Sequence record: OP991903.1
Strand: one strand, 5' to 3'
Length of the DNA stretch: 64,000 nucleotides
Part shown: in pieces, positions 37,204 to 46,569 of the stretch
Layout of the letters: the number at the start of each line of letters is the position of its first letter
Position numbering within the stretch: position 1 is the first letter of the stretch
Position numbers and translations under genes: made by a program
The notes under the pieces: generated by a model
What the model was told of the DNA's origin: nothing
Database searches by the model: none
What the model saw: only the letters and a program-made list of their open reading frames with translations

Positions 37204-37998
37204 ATGAACAACAACGAAGACTTTATGAACCTCCCGCTGGTAAACGTCGTGGCTAAAACCGAAGGTGCCCGCGTCCTTGAGTCCATTGACGTCCCTGGGC
37301 GTAAAATGATGGCTGTGGTCGTGGGTGTACCGGATGGACTTCATGTCGTTTACCATTGCTTCGGGGTGAGAAAGTCTGACGGGGTTATCACAACCCGTTT
37401 CGATACGCCTAAGCGCATTATTGCGACCCGCACCTCCTTTGCTCCAGCAGAGGGTCTGTCGGAAGACCGCATTAAGCACCTGGAACGTGTCACGCTCAAG
37501 AATGCTGCGCTGGCTCGTCTTAGCCGTAACTTCTACCGCCGGGTGGTGAAAACCCCTGAGCTGTTGGAAGGTGGGTTAGAGTACTACGGTACTTTGACTG
37601 AGACGCAGTTCGTGTGGGCATTGTGCGAGCAGGTCGCCATCTTGAACAAGTCCAAACTCCCCTCGCGGAAACCAGGTTTCCCGGAGTGGCGTGGCACCTT
37701 CCGTTTCGAGTTGGACGGCAAACAACACCAGGCCGTTCGTCGCCTGACCTATAATGCGGATACGAAGTTGGTTGCAGCCCACTACACTTTCTTTGGTGGT
37801 GTAGCGGCGAACCACAATGCGGTCGTTGGCTCGATTGACCCGGCAAAACTCCCTCTGGGAAAAGTAGCTGCCTCAATCAACATCGCTGCGTCGTATGCGA
37901 ACGGTCAGTGGGATAAAACTGAAGTGTTTGTACTCAAGAACGAAGGATTCCTGCGAGAGTTCTTCCTTGCATTTACCCCGGCTTCCATCGAGGGGTAA
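37204..37998 (+). CDS. hypothetical protein
   Basis: 264 aa, AAGGA RBS; TAC-N14-TATG motif upstream. Confidence 0.75.
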   Translation: MNNNEDFMNLPLVNVVAKTEGARVLESIDVPGRKMMAVVVGVPDGLHVVYHCFGVRKSDGVITTRFDTPKRIIATRTSFAPAEGLSEDRIKHLERVTLKNAALARLSRNFYRRVVKTPELLEGGLEYYGTLTETQFVWALCEQVAILNKSKLPSRKPGFPEWRGTFRFELDGKQHQAVRRLTYNADTKLVAAHYTFFGGVAANHNAVVGSIDPAKLPLGKVAASINIAASYANGQWDKTEVFVLKNEGFLREFFLAFTPASIEG

Positions 37999-38050
37999 TG
38001 TAAACATTCCGCCTTTCCTATGTAGGTCGACTACACCTCTGGGGAACGGA

Positions 38051-38212
38051 ATGAATACAAACATGCACAAAGCGGTAAGAGAACGGAAGGAGAAGCAATT
38101 CCCTGTCGATATCGAAGCCGCTGCGTACACACGAGTGGTGACGGAGGCAAAACCAATTGTCCAGGAGTTTCTCTTGGGCCTCGGTGTAGCCCCGGCAGCA
38201 GAAGCAGCATAA
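38051..38212 (+). CDS. small hypothetical protein (53 aa)
   Basis: ATG 38051 with GGGGA RBS; ends before terminator. Confidence 0.6.
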   Translation: MNTNMHKAVRERKEKQFPVDIEAAAYTRVVTEAKPIVQEFLLGLGVAPAAEAA

Positions 38213-38245
38213 AAGGAGGGACTTCGGTCCCTCCTTTTTTTATGC
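38207..38245. terminator. bidirectional terminator with GCATAAAA/TTTTATGC flanks
   Basis: GCATAAAAGGAGGGAC-TTCG-GTCCCTCCTTTTTTTATGC. Confidence 0.8.
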
Positions 38246-38312
38246 CACCTACCACTGTAAAAAGTGACGTGGGGGTGAACTTAGTATAGATAACCTGTTA
38301 ATGAGGTGTCCG

Positions 38313-38831
38313 ATGGTAAACGCTGAGTACCTCCCCTTTGATGCTGCTTCCCATTCACACATTGCCGAAATGATTGAGGAGAACGGTTTCGCACCGGCTT
38401 ATATTGGTAAGAGTTGTGAGATACCTGGATTCGAAGATGTCCCGTGTGGCTACCTCAGCACAATCGGACTCAACGAGCGCGGGTGGCCTGAACTAGTGGT
38501 TACTGGAATTGTCCCCATGGAAGACCTGGCGATGATTCTCAACGCAACCGTTTCCTACTGGGAAACCTATGGCGTAACCACCGGGATTATCGACATGCTC
38601 CCAACCTGCGTTAACGTAGACGACGGCTTTGCCATGTACGGACGGGTTAATATCGTCCCTATCATTGGCGAACATCCAGACGTGGTGCACGGAAACGAAC
38701 GGTACTACGGACTACAGCGCATGGTTCAGTATTACCAGGTTATCTGGTCTGACGAGGAGTTGGTACTCCCTAACGAAGAAGGGTACGACGAGACCCTTCA
38801 CCAACCTATTTTAACAGGACGCACACACTGA
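38313..38831 (+). CDS. DUF4262-like protein
   Basis: YLSTIGL...GWPELVVTG, Y......QV.W.D....P motifs. Confidence 0.65.
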   Translation: MVNAEYLPFDAASHSHIAEMIEENGFAPAYIGKSCEIPGFEDVPCGYLSTIGLNERGWPELVVTGIVPMEDLAMILNATVSYWETYGVTTGIIDMLPTCVNVDDGFAMYGRVNIVPIIGEHPDVVHGNERYYGLQRMVQYYQVIWSDEELVLPNEEGYDETLHQPILTGRTH

Positions 38832-39253
38832 TGCAATCGACCAATCTATCTGTCTACATGTTCAACACCCTGTACTCATTCTTCCAGGATAACGGTCAAA
38901 CGCCCCACATCTGGGTTCGTACCGAGAACCTCGACAACCCGGTCATTCGTGACCGGGGTCACGAAGGCGTTGTTGTGTTGAACATCGGTCCTAACTCTTG
39001 CGCCTTGACCGTGCGTGACTGGGGACTGGACTTCTCTGGTGCCTTCGACCGTAAGAAACAAGGCACCATGATTAAGTGGGAAGACATCATGCTCTTCGGC
39101 GGACGCCCGCGCGAGTGTAAGATGCCACCTCTCTGGTTTGGTGCAGCGGAGTTCCCGGACTTCAAGGATTACTCCGACGAGGCCCCGGCTGAAACACCTC
39201 CGGTGGCACCGACCCGACCGAAGTTTGGACTTATCCAGGGCGGAAAGGAATGA
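38831..39253 (+). CDS. sspB: SspB-like ClpXP adaptor (stringent starvation protein B)
   Basis: YMFNTLYSFFQDNGQTPHIWV and EGVVVLNIGP match E. coli SspB YLLRAFYEWLLDNQLTPHLVV / DGQIVLNIAP; tail RPKFGLIQGGKE resembles the ClpX-binding RPALRVVK. Confidence 0.8.
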   Translation: MQSTNLSVYMFNTLYSFFQDNGQTPHIWVRTENLDNPVIRDRGHEGVVVLNIGPNSCALTVRDWGLDFSGAFDRKKQGTMIKWEDIMLFGGRPRECKMPPLWFGAAEFPDFKDYSDEAPAETPPVAPTRPKFGLIQGGKE

Positions 39254-39453
39254 GTCTCCCTGGATTAACCGGTCTCTTCTTTCTTATCACCCTGACGGCC
39301 ATGTGTTCTTTCTCACTGGCCTGTTGGTTGGTAATTAAGAATGCGAAGCCCAGACGGCGGTGGTGGTTGGTTGGGGCGTACGTGGCATTCATGTCATTGT
39401 TCCTTTCGTACGTCCCGTTCGGCTACGCCTTGTTCATCTACAACTGGAGGTAG
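39250..39453 (+). CDS. small membrane protein (2 TM)
   Basis: Hydrophobic segments; ATGA overlap. Confidence 0.65.
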   Translation: MSLPGLTGLFFLITLTAMCSFSLACWLVIKNAKPRRRWWLVGAYVAFMSLFLSYVPFGYALFIYNWR

Positions 39454-39454
39454 G

Positions 39455-39664
39455 ATGTCAAGTTCAGATTGGGGACTCGCCCACTTCGCCTTCATGTTCG
39501 CGGTTACCGTCTTTGGTTTTGCGTGTCTGGTTATCTACGTAATAGGTCGCTTCAAAATCAATAAGTTAGCGGTATTCGTTTTTCTTTCAAGTGCAATCAC
39601 CATCATGTGCGTAATCTATTGGGCGTTAACCATAGCGTACGACCATGGCTGGCTACAAACTTAA
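39455..39664 (+). CDS. small membrane protein (2 TM)
   Basis: ATG 39455 with GGAGG RBS. Confidence 0.65.
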   Translation: MSSSDWGLAHFAFMFAVTVFGFACLVIYVIGRFKINKLAVFVFLSSAITIMCVIYWALTIAYDHGWLQT

Positions 39665-39680
39665 TCAAGAGGAAATACTG

Positions 39681-39989
39681 ATGTCTAAAACAACTCTGGC
39701 ACAACTGGCTCCACTGGCAGCATTCCTGTTCACCGATGACAACGGTAAGTACGCGCAGGCTCTGGACGTACACAACGACACCATCGACTTCCAGCTGGAT
39801 TCCGGTGTGACCTTTACCGTTAACACTGACCAGGTTCCGTTCAAAGTGAAACCGGGTTACAACGTGTACTTCAATGGTGAGTTTGAAGCTATTGCGTACG
39901 ACGTACCGAAACAACCGGCGGTGGAAACCGCTCCGGCAAAGAAAACCCAAGGCAGTGGCTCTACTCAGGCTAAACAGCAGCGCTGCTAG
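39681..39989 (+). CDS. hypothetical protein
   Basis: ATG 39681 with GAGG RBS. Confidence 0.7.
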   Translation: MSKTTLAQLAPLAAFLFTDDNGKYAQALDVHNDTIDFQLDSGVTFTVNTDQVPFKVKPGYNVYFNGEFEAIAYDVPKQPAVETAPAKKTQGSGSTQAKQQRC

Positions 39990-39996
39990 TAATCCT

Positions 39997-40027
39997 AAAA
40001 TGGGGACAAGCGTCCCCATTTTTTATT
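39997..40027 (+). terminator. intrinsic terminator
   Basis: AAAATGGGGAC-AAGC-GTCCCCATTTT. Confidence 0.75.
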
Positions 40028-40048
40028 TTGCATTCAAGGGGTTATCGC

Positions 40049-40591
40049 ATGTCGATAGTACTTTACCATCGCGGCATCATTGCCGCTGACAGCCGGGCTA
40101 TCATCGACCGAGGGTATAACAGTGAAGACCTGGGGGCGATGTTAAAGCTCTGGGATAATGAAGCAGGGGATATGGTCCTTGGGATGTGTGGTGAAAACAC
40201 CGACTTCACCACACGGGTGTCCTGGCAACTCTCGATTGAGCCGTTAGTCCGTGCGCTGGATGTGACCGACGACGTAAGTATCGAGTTACCGGAATACATG
40301 CACAAGACCTTTGGTCCTCAGGCCGACCGCAGCATGTTGGTTTTGACCAAACGTTACCTGTACGCCTTTGACGACACAACGCTCTATAAGGCCGATACAT
40401 CGCATAAAACCTACGGACATGGCAATGGGTTACGTATTGCGAAGATGGGCGCATACAACGGCCTGGACGCTGTAGCGGCTGTTAAACTGGCCATCGCTGT
40501 CAACCCGGACTGTGGCGGTACCGTGGTATCGTTTAAACAACGGGATTTGAAGTTAATCCCTAAACCAAAAAGGAAGAAGAAGGATGCGTAA
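40049..40591 (+). CDS. Ntn-hydrolase (HslV/proteasome beta-like) family protein
   Basis: MSIVLYHRGIIAADSR N-terminus; GNG..IA..G...G.DAV.AVKLA....PDCGG C-terminus. Confidence 0.65.
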   Translation: MSIVLYHRGIIAADSRAIIDRGYNSEDLGAMLKLWDNEAGDMVLGMCGENTDFTTRVSWQLSIEPLVRALDVTDDVSIELPEYMHKTFGPQADRSMLVLTKRYLYAFDDTTLYKADTSHKTYGHGNGLRIAKMGAYNGLDAVAAVKLAIAVNPDCGGTVVSFKQRDLKLIPKPKRKKKDA

Positions 40592-41126
40592 CTTCTACTT
40601 GATTCGCGATGAAGACATTACTTTTGCGGTCAAGGTACAGCAACCTAACGAGTTGAACCTGAACCCACCGCTGGAAAGTTTCTTCACTCCATGGGGTTTT
40701 GTTATCCCCTTGACGGTGGATGGGTTTGCGTTGCACGACTACCTTGAAACGGGGGAGTGGCCGTGGGTAACGTTAGCGGACGGACCGTTGGGTGCTATAC
40801 TGACCCATGACGGGAAACTGTATGATTTCTTCGTTACGGAGAAAGGGTTTTTCCGGCGGCGTGTGTTGTACGGGAAAGGGGGTACCCACGTTCGAGCATA
40901 CCGTTACGCGGTGGAGGAAGCAGTGCAGGCATCGCTCGTTATGGGCGGAACTACTGACGAGGTTGTGCGGCGTGTGGAACAAACCCAGGTAATGATTGCC
41001 GGGACATACGTGACCCTCTCAACGACCCACCTCTGTAAGATGCTAAACGAAAAGTATCCGAATCCCATTCCGCTTTCTAACAAGGCGTGCCCACGTCCGG
41101 GGAAAGAAGAGGAAAAGAAAGAATAG
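40584..41126 (+). CDS. possible degenerate Ntn-hydrolase paralog
   Basis: C-terminal AV.ASL..GGT..EVV pattern similar to previous gene; N-terminal nucleophile absent. Confidence 0.4.
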   Translation: MRNFYLIRDEDITFAVKVQQPNELNLNPPLESFFTPWGFVIPLTVDGFALHDYLETGEWPWVTLADGPLGAILTHDGKLYDFFVTEKGFFRRRVLYGKGGTHVRAYRYAVEEAVQASLVMGGTTDEVVRRVEQTQVMIAGTYVTLSTTHLCKMLNEKYPNPIPLSNKACPRPGKEEEKKE

Positions 41127-41158
41127 AAGAAGGGGCATTACGCCCCTTCTTTTTTTTT
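41127..41158. terminator. terminator between convergent genes
   Basis: AGAAGGGGC-ATTAC-GCCCCTTCT plus T run. Confidence 0.75.
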
Positions 41159-41162
41159 GCTC

Positions 41163-43067
41163 TTACTGCGGTGACGCCTTCAGTTGGATGTACTGAATCT
41201 TGTTGCCGACCTTGACCGCAAGATGTCCGTTCTCCACTTTAGACTTCACTAACAGGTATCCCTCCTGCGTGGCACCGATACCCGCGAGCTGACCAATCGA
41301 CCACTGCTCGACCACAGGCTTAACGTCGGCAATTGCCGCCATCTCCTCATCGGTCAGGGCTTTACGGTCTGGACGCCAGTATACACTCACCCCGGCTTCG
41401 AAGTGCGTTAACCCGGTCGCCGTGATGATAGGAATCACGTTACGGGTGTACGGCTTCAGCTGCACGTAAAGCGTGATGTTCCCTGCGCTGGTTGAGGTGT
41501 ACGCTACCGCCTTGATTGGACTTGAGCCCATCGGCATTAACGACAACCCTGCCGCCCCTTTCTTCGCCTGGTAGCGAATCAGGGTGTTACCTCCGCCCTG
41601 TCGGGTGTCGTCGATATCTGCCATGGTGGTAGAGATGGACAGGAAGTTCCCCGTCCCCACCATGTTGATGTCGATTTGGTCCCCTTCAGAAGGCGTGAAG
41701 AACCGTCCCAGACAGAACCATTTCGCTTTGTCAGAAGAGTTACTGAGTTTGTTGCGCGACCCCACAATCGCAGCGTCAATCGTCCCGTCAATGTAGATAC
41801 CGTGGTTGTCAATGTCGACATGCCCACGCTCCCACTGACTCAGCCATTCTACGTCCCCGTCCTGTACGTCGTAAGAGACGCTCGAACCGGATTGCAGACC
41901 CAGCTGGAAATTGATGATGCGTGCAAAGGTCAGTTTCAGCGGAGACATTTTACAGTCTTCGATGTTCAGTCCGTTGATAATCCACTGGCCGTTCGACAGG
42001 TCGCCTGGGTTGTCACTGTGCTCAATCCAACCGTTCCAGATGAAGGATTGCGTGCAACGCGGCAAGTTCAGTACCTTTCCGCCCCGACAGTTCTGGACGT
42101 TAAAGTTACTCAGCTCCACCGCCGTCATGTGGTCCCATACGCCCGCGGCACGCCCCGACCAATACCCTTTGATGACATCGCCGGTACAACCACTGGCGTA
42201 CCACTGGTCAATCTTCGAGTCAAGGGTATCCAGCATATCCACGCAAGTCCCGCCCACCTTGGACCAACGCATCATGCTGATACGGGTGTACTGTCCCCCG
42301 GCAATGATGTTTTTGTAGAACCCCTTCTTGTTCCCGTCAATGTCCGTGCGACCTTCAAAGACAAATCCGGAAATCTCGACCCAACGTGCGTTCAGACTGA
42401 ACAGGACGTTCTCGTTCGAGTCCGACGTCAGGGTAGTTGCATTGAAGTAACCGAAGTGATTGGTTGCTGTGCCGTTCAGACGGAAGCGGGCAATCTCAGT
42501 CAGGTATTCAAACTGCGACAGGAAGAACTTCCCTGCCGGGAATTGAATCGCCTGGAACCCACCACTCGCCTGTGACCACTTAAACATCGCCAGTACCGCC
42601 GGGAGGCTGTCTGTCACGCCGTCAGCTACCGCACCGAAGTGCGTCACGTCCAGCGTGTTGATGTCCCCGATAGCACGCTCCCAATACCAGTCGGTGCCAG
42701 ACGTGGCAATCACACCGCCATCGTCTTTCTTCATGCTCGCTTTCGCCACACCGATACGCCCAATGAACTGACCGCCGCCGAGGTCGGAACCGTTGTTCCA
42801 ACCACGCAGGTTAACCCGGACATTGTTTGCTGTCGGCTTGAGTTTACGTAAATCAGCAAAGGACTGCACACTCCCAAACATGGCAGTGCTGTCGACCGCT
42901 GACAACTTCTCCAGTGTCACCGCATCCCCCATTACCTGGGTCAAAAGGCTCAGGGGGAATTCAACTGGTGAACCATTTTGCAGCATTATCAATTTGTTCC
43001 CGGAGTCTACTAATTCCTGGAGCTGTTGAAGTGGGGTTTGCTGCGCAGTGGCTTGTAAGGTACTCAT
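41163..43067 (-). CDS. AmsF-like right-handed beta-helix protein (EPS-interacting / tailspike-like)
   Basis: DVTHFGAVADGVTD...IQFPAG pectate-lyase-3-type N-motif, DDGG..YWER, beta-helix body; overall pattern recalls Erwinia amylovoran protein AmsF. Confidence 0.65.
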   Translation of the reverse strand: MSTLQATAQQTPLQQLQELVDSGNKLIMLQNGSPVEFPLSLLTQVMGDAVTLEKLSAVDSTAMFGSVQSFADLRKLKPTANNVRVNLRGWNNGSDLGGGQFIGRIGVAKASMKKDDGGVIATSGTDWYWERAIGDINTLDVTHFGAVADGVTDSLPAVLAMFKWSQASGGFQAIQFPAGKFFLSQFEYLTEIARFRLNGTATNHFGYFNATTLTSDSNENVLFSLNARWVEISGFVFEGRTDIDGNKKGFYKNIIAGGQYTRISMMRWSKVGGTCVDMLDTLDSKIDQWYASGCTGDVIKGYWSGRAAGVWDHMTAVELSNFNVQNCRGGKVLNLPRCTQSFIWNGWIEHSDNPGDLSNGQWIINGLNIEDCKMSPLKLTFARIINFQLGLQSGSSVSYDVQDGDVEWLSQWERGHVDIDNHGIYIDGTIDAAIVGSRNKLSNSSDKAKWFCLGRFFTPSEGDQIDINMVGTGNFLSISTTMADIDDTRQGGGNTLIRYQAKKGAAGLSLMPMGSSPIKAVAYTSTSAGNITLYVQLKPYTRNVIPIITATGLTHFEAGVSVYWRPDRKALTDEEMAAIADVKPVVEQWSIGQLAGIGATQEGYLLVKSKVENGHLAVKVGNKIQYIQLKASPQ

Positions 43068-43274
43068 GGGCGAAACTCCTAATCGACGGTTTTTAGGACA
43101 ATAAACCCAGGTGGGTTTCAGGTCCAGTGGTCGCTAGAGTCGCAAAAACACCACCTGCATACAGTGTTTATCATTCTAATCAGTGGGTAAGGAATTAGTG
43201 AAATACGTTCTTTTTTGACGACACCAGGTTGCCTTATGAGAAATTTCTTTTACACACAGACGGGACACTTGCAC

Positions 43275-44381
43275 ATGCAACAGTATTTAGATTTGATGGC
43301 GAAAACAGTAAAGGAAGGACGTTATCGTGAAGGCCGTAACGGCGGAACGTATGGCATCTTTGGTCACCAAATGCGCTTTAACCTCGCGGACGGGTTTCCG
43401 CTAGTCACCACCAAGAAAGTTCACTTGCGCAGCATCATTCACGAGATGCTCTGGTTCATGCAGGGTTCCACGGACAACCGAGAGTTGGCCAAAGAAGGGG
43501 TTACCATCTGGAACGAGTGGGCAGCCACCAAAGAAATGGTTGAAGTCGGTGAGAACGTCAACTGGGTGGCAGCGCAACAGAACGCACCCATCACTTGTCC
43601 ACCGGGCTTTGATGACATGGCGTGGACAGATATTCTGGATTGGTTCACTAAGGCGGGTCTGGATGTAAACGATTACATGTATATCCAGGAAGGTGAAATC
43701 GGCCCGATGTACGGTAAGCAGATGCGCGCATGGCCAACAGCCTTCGGTTCCATTGACCAGATTAAGACTATCCTCGCCACGCTCAAGAAAGACCCCATGA
43801 GCCGCCGTATGTGCGTCTCTACCTGGAACCCTGAGTCATTACCGTGGGAAGACCACAGCGTCGAGGAAAACGTCATGGAAGGCCGTATGGCGTTGGCACC
43901 GTGCCATGCCTTCTTCCAGTTCTACGCTGACGAGCTGACCACCTGGGAACGTTTAACGTACGTTGACCGTCATTACCTGTCACAGCACGTTCTGCGTCAC
44001 GAAGCGCAGTTCATCAAAGAGCTGGACGAAGCGAAAGTACCGAAGTACCGCCTCAGTTGCCAGATGTATCAACGCAGTGCAGATATCCCGTTAGGTGTAC
44101 CGTTTAACATCGCGGGTTATGCGTTACTGATTCACATGTTCTCGCACATCCTGAACATGATTCCAGGTGACTTCGTGCACTCGCTGGGTGATGCGCACAT
44201 CTACGCTAACCAGATGGAGCTGACCAAGACTCAGCTGAACCGCACGCCGATGAAGTTACCGAAGCTGCGTATCGACACCAAAGGTCGTGAAGTCACCGAC
44301 CCGGCATTCTTCCAGTTTGACGATTTCATTCTGGAAGGTTACGAATCGCACGCCCACATCCCTTACCCAGTATCCAAATAA
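43275..44381 (+). CDS. thyA: thymidylate synthase
   Basis: FPLVTTKK, IHEMLWF, GPMYGKQMR, MALAPCH, YQRSAD.PLGVPFNIA.Y, GDAHIY. Confidence 0.95.
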   Translation: MQQYLDLMAKTVKEGRYREGRNGGTYGIFGHQMRFNLADGFPLVTTKKVHLRSIIHEMLWFMQGSTDNRELAKEGVTIWNEWAATKEMVEVGENVNWVAAQQNAPITCPPGFDDMAWTDILDWFTKAGLDVNDYMYIQEGEIGPMYGKQMRAWPTAFGSIDQIKTILATLKKDPMSRRMCVSTWNPESLPWEDHSVEENVMEGRMALAPCHAFFQFYADELTTWERLTYVDRHYLSQHVLRHEAQFIKELDEAKVPKYRLSCQMYQRSADIPLGVPFNIAGYALLIHMFSHILNMIPGDFVHSLGDAHIYANQMELTKTQLNRTPMKLPKLRIDTKGREVTDPAFFQFDDFILEGYESHAHIPYPVSK

Positions 44382-44399
44382 CTAACAAGGAAAAGAAAC

Positions 44400-44837
44400 A
44401 TGTCTCGTTACGGCGAAGAAAACTTTATTGTGGCGTTTGTGAAGAAGAACGCTAAGCGTACTGCCATTGGCGTTGTGGCTTTCATCGTCCTTTCCATGGC
44501 TGGTTGCCCTTACTACAATGTCTGGGAACAAGGGATGGCAGGTAAAGCTGCACTGATGAAAGCAACACAGGACCGTCAGATTTCCGTACAGGAAGCTGAG
44601 GCGAAGAAAGATTCTGCGGCGGCCTTAGCGCAGGCAGAAATCATCCGAGCCGGTGGGGTGGCTGAAGCCAACAAGATTATCGGTAACAGTCTGAAGAACA
44701 ACGAAGCCTATCTACGTTACTTGTGGGTTGACGGTCTACAGCAGACTAAGAACCAGGTCATCTACGTTCCGACTGAAGGTAACCTCCCCATCATGGAATC
44801 GACCCGAAATATCCAGACTTTGGGTAGTGGGAAATAA
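44400..44837 (+). CDS. membrane protein related to SPFH/band-7 C-terminal region
   Basis: TM helix, EAEAK..A...A.AE..RA.G.AEAN coiled coil, YLRYLW, VIYVPTE.NLPI. Confidence 0.65.
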   Translation: MSRYGEENFIVAFVKKNAKRTAIGVVAFIVLSMAGCPYYNVWEQGMAGKAALMKATQDRQISVQEAEAKKDSAAALAQAEIIRAGGVAEANKIIGNSLKNNEAYLRYLWVDGLQQTKNQVIYVPTEGNLPIMESTRNIQTLGSGK

Positions 44838-44856
44838 CTAACGCCGAGTAACCAAA

Positions 44857-45168
44857 ATGGGTAGAGAACTTAGCCGCGAGGAACAGGATGCATTAATCCG
44901 TGAAATCATGGAAGAGCAAAAGAACCCAGGTCAGAAGAAGGAGAAACGTGTGGACCCGATTGAAGAAAGGATGCGTGGACTCAAAGTCGGCCGCCGTTAT
45001 CGTAAGGACACCGGCGGAACTTACGTCCTTCATCTCCTGACCAACTTACGTGCCACGAAACCGGGCTGGGACGTACAGGTCGTTTACCACCCGGAAGGCA
45101 AACCGTTGGAGATTTGGTCGAAGCCGATTGAATACTTCATCGAACGATTCACTTTACTGGAGGCATGA
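44857..45168 (+). CDS. DUF1653-like (SH3-type) protein
   Basis: GRRYR...GGTY........QVVY......WSKP...F..RF. Confidence 0.55.
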   Translation: MGRELSREEQDALIREIMEEQKNPGQKKEKRVDPIEERMRGLKVGRRYRKDTGGTYVLHLLTNLRATKPGWDVQVVYHPEGKPLEIWSKPIEYFIERFTLLEA

Positions 45169-45623
45169 TGAACCAACGTGAACATTCTCTCGATGCGTAC
45201 GAAGCTGGCTACGCAATTTACCAACTGGCTACCGTACTAGAGGGTATCCGTAACAAGGGCGTCTCTCCGGCTGGTTGGGGAAACTTCTACTCGATGTGCG
45301 TCGAACCGATGAAGAACGTCGAAGAGAAGTACATGTGGAACTTCATGTCACCGATGCATCCTGTCGGTGTAGGCGTTTCACTTTACGATGACCGTGGTGT
45401 GCGGGTTGATGAAATCCGTGTCCCTGAAGTCGTCGACGTGATTAAAGGTGAATCGACGTTCCTGGAATGCATGGAACGCTGGGCGGTCATGCGTGACCGT
45501 GTGATGGGGACAGACGTGACTCATCCTCGACTGGTGGCGCTCCGTGACCACTTCATGGTTCCTATCGCGTCACTGGAGTATCACCTTCAGTACTGGGCAC
45601 CAGGCACCATCAACTCCGACTAA
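45165..45623 (+). CDS. hypothetical protein
   Basis: 152 aa, GGAGG RBS. Confidence 0.75.
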   Translation: MMNQREHSLDAYEAGYAIYQLATVLEGIRNKGVSPAGWGNFYSMCVEPMKNVEEKYMWNFMSPMHPVGVGVSLYDDRGVRVDEIRVPEVVDVIKGESTFLECMERWAVMRDRVMGTDVTHPRLVALRDHFMVPIASLEYHLQYWAPGTINSD

Positions 45624-45660
45624 AGTCTATATTACCCGGGTGAAGCAATAACCTTCACCC
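45623..45660 (+). promoter_or_regulatory. early-type promoter followed by hairpin
   Basis: TATATTAC at 45628-45635; hairpin GGGTGAAG-CAATAAC-CTTCACCC. Confidence 0.7.
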
Positions 45661-45680
45661 ACCTTTAACAAGGATTTACA

Positions 45681-46556
45681 ATGAAAGACAATAAAGACTT
45701 TATCTTGGGGGCGGTGAATACACTGCCGTTAGAATCCACCGTGGGTGGTTTCAAGGTGCTCTTACTGGACTGGGCACCGAACGACATTGACAAGGACGGT
45801 AAGAAGTATTGTGAAAACAATCTCTTACTGGCACTGCGTAAACACGCTAACCGTCGTGGGCCGTTCTACGTGGAGATGCCGCCGTTCACTACCCCGGACA
45901 TCAAGGAACCTAATCGTTTCGAAGGGCAGTTCATCGGGGCTACCGTCCGCCTGCACGAAATCGAACGCACGCCAGAAGGACGCATTCGTGTTCACGGTCG
46001 CCTGCACATCACAGGGCCAATGGCTGATGTTCTGCGCAGCATGAAATCAGGGTCGTTCATTCTGACGCCGTGGTTAATCGGTAGTGCCCAGGTGTTTAAA
46101 GATTTCCTCCTGTTCCAACCTACTGAAGTGGTGACCTTCCGTTTCCATTTCCACGGTGAGTGTGAACAGGCTACCAAAATCTACAGTGATAAAGGTCGGG
46201 CGTATTGGGAACTGCCGCCGGAATGCTGGAAGGTGTGGGAAGAGAATGGGGTGGTGGTGCAGCGTACCATCGTTGCAGCAGCGTTCCGTGCGACGATGAA
46301 GGATGGCACCAAGTTAACCGTCCCTTGCGCCCGTCACGGTACGCCGGATGCACACGCGTTGTTCAATGCGCTGCGCAAAGGTGAATTGCTGGAGAACGAC
46401 CACGCCATCGGTGAGGACCAGGGGTTCATCGACCAATTCGGGGACTACCACAATCGCGAACAGGCTTACCTGATTGCAAAGATTGCGGGTCAGCTTGAAG
46501 GGCGTGAGAAGACCGGTTCCCGTGAAGCGTCTTTGTACTCAGAAGACCTGTACTAA
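45681..46556 (+). CDS. two-domain hypothetical protein (degenerate prohead-protease-like N-domain plus common phage C-domain)
   Basis: C-domain IVAAA...ARH...QGFIDQ.G.Y.NRE.AY.IA...GQ...LYSEDLY is a widespread phage module. Confidence 0.6.
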   Translation: MKDNKDFILGAVNTLPLESTVGGFKVLLLDWAPNDIDKDGKKYCENNLLLALRKHANRRGPFYVEMPPFTTPDIKEPNRFEGQFIGATVRLHEIERTPEGRIRVHGRLHITGPMADVLRSMKSGSFILTPWLIGSAQVFKDFLLFQPTEVVTFRFHFHGECEQATKIYSDKGRAYWELPPECWKVWEENGVVVQRTIVAAAFRATMKDGTKLTVPCARHGTPDAHALFNALRKGELLENDHAIGEDQGFIDQFGDYHNREQAYLIAKIAGQLEGREKTGSREASLYSEDLY

Positions 46557-46569
46557 AGGAGATTGGGCG

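Noticed and set aside
41676-42575. 299-aa plus-strand ORF opposite the AmsF-like gene, and similar antisense ORFs over the RNAP, dut and thyA genes
   Set aside because: Antisense shadows caused by codon bias; no independent signals.
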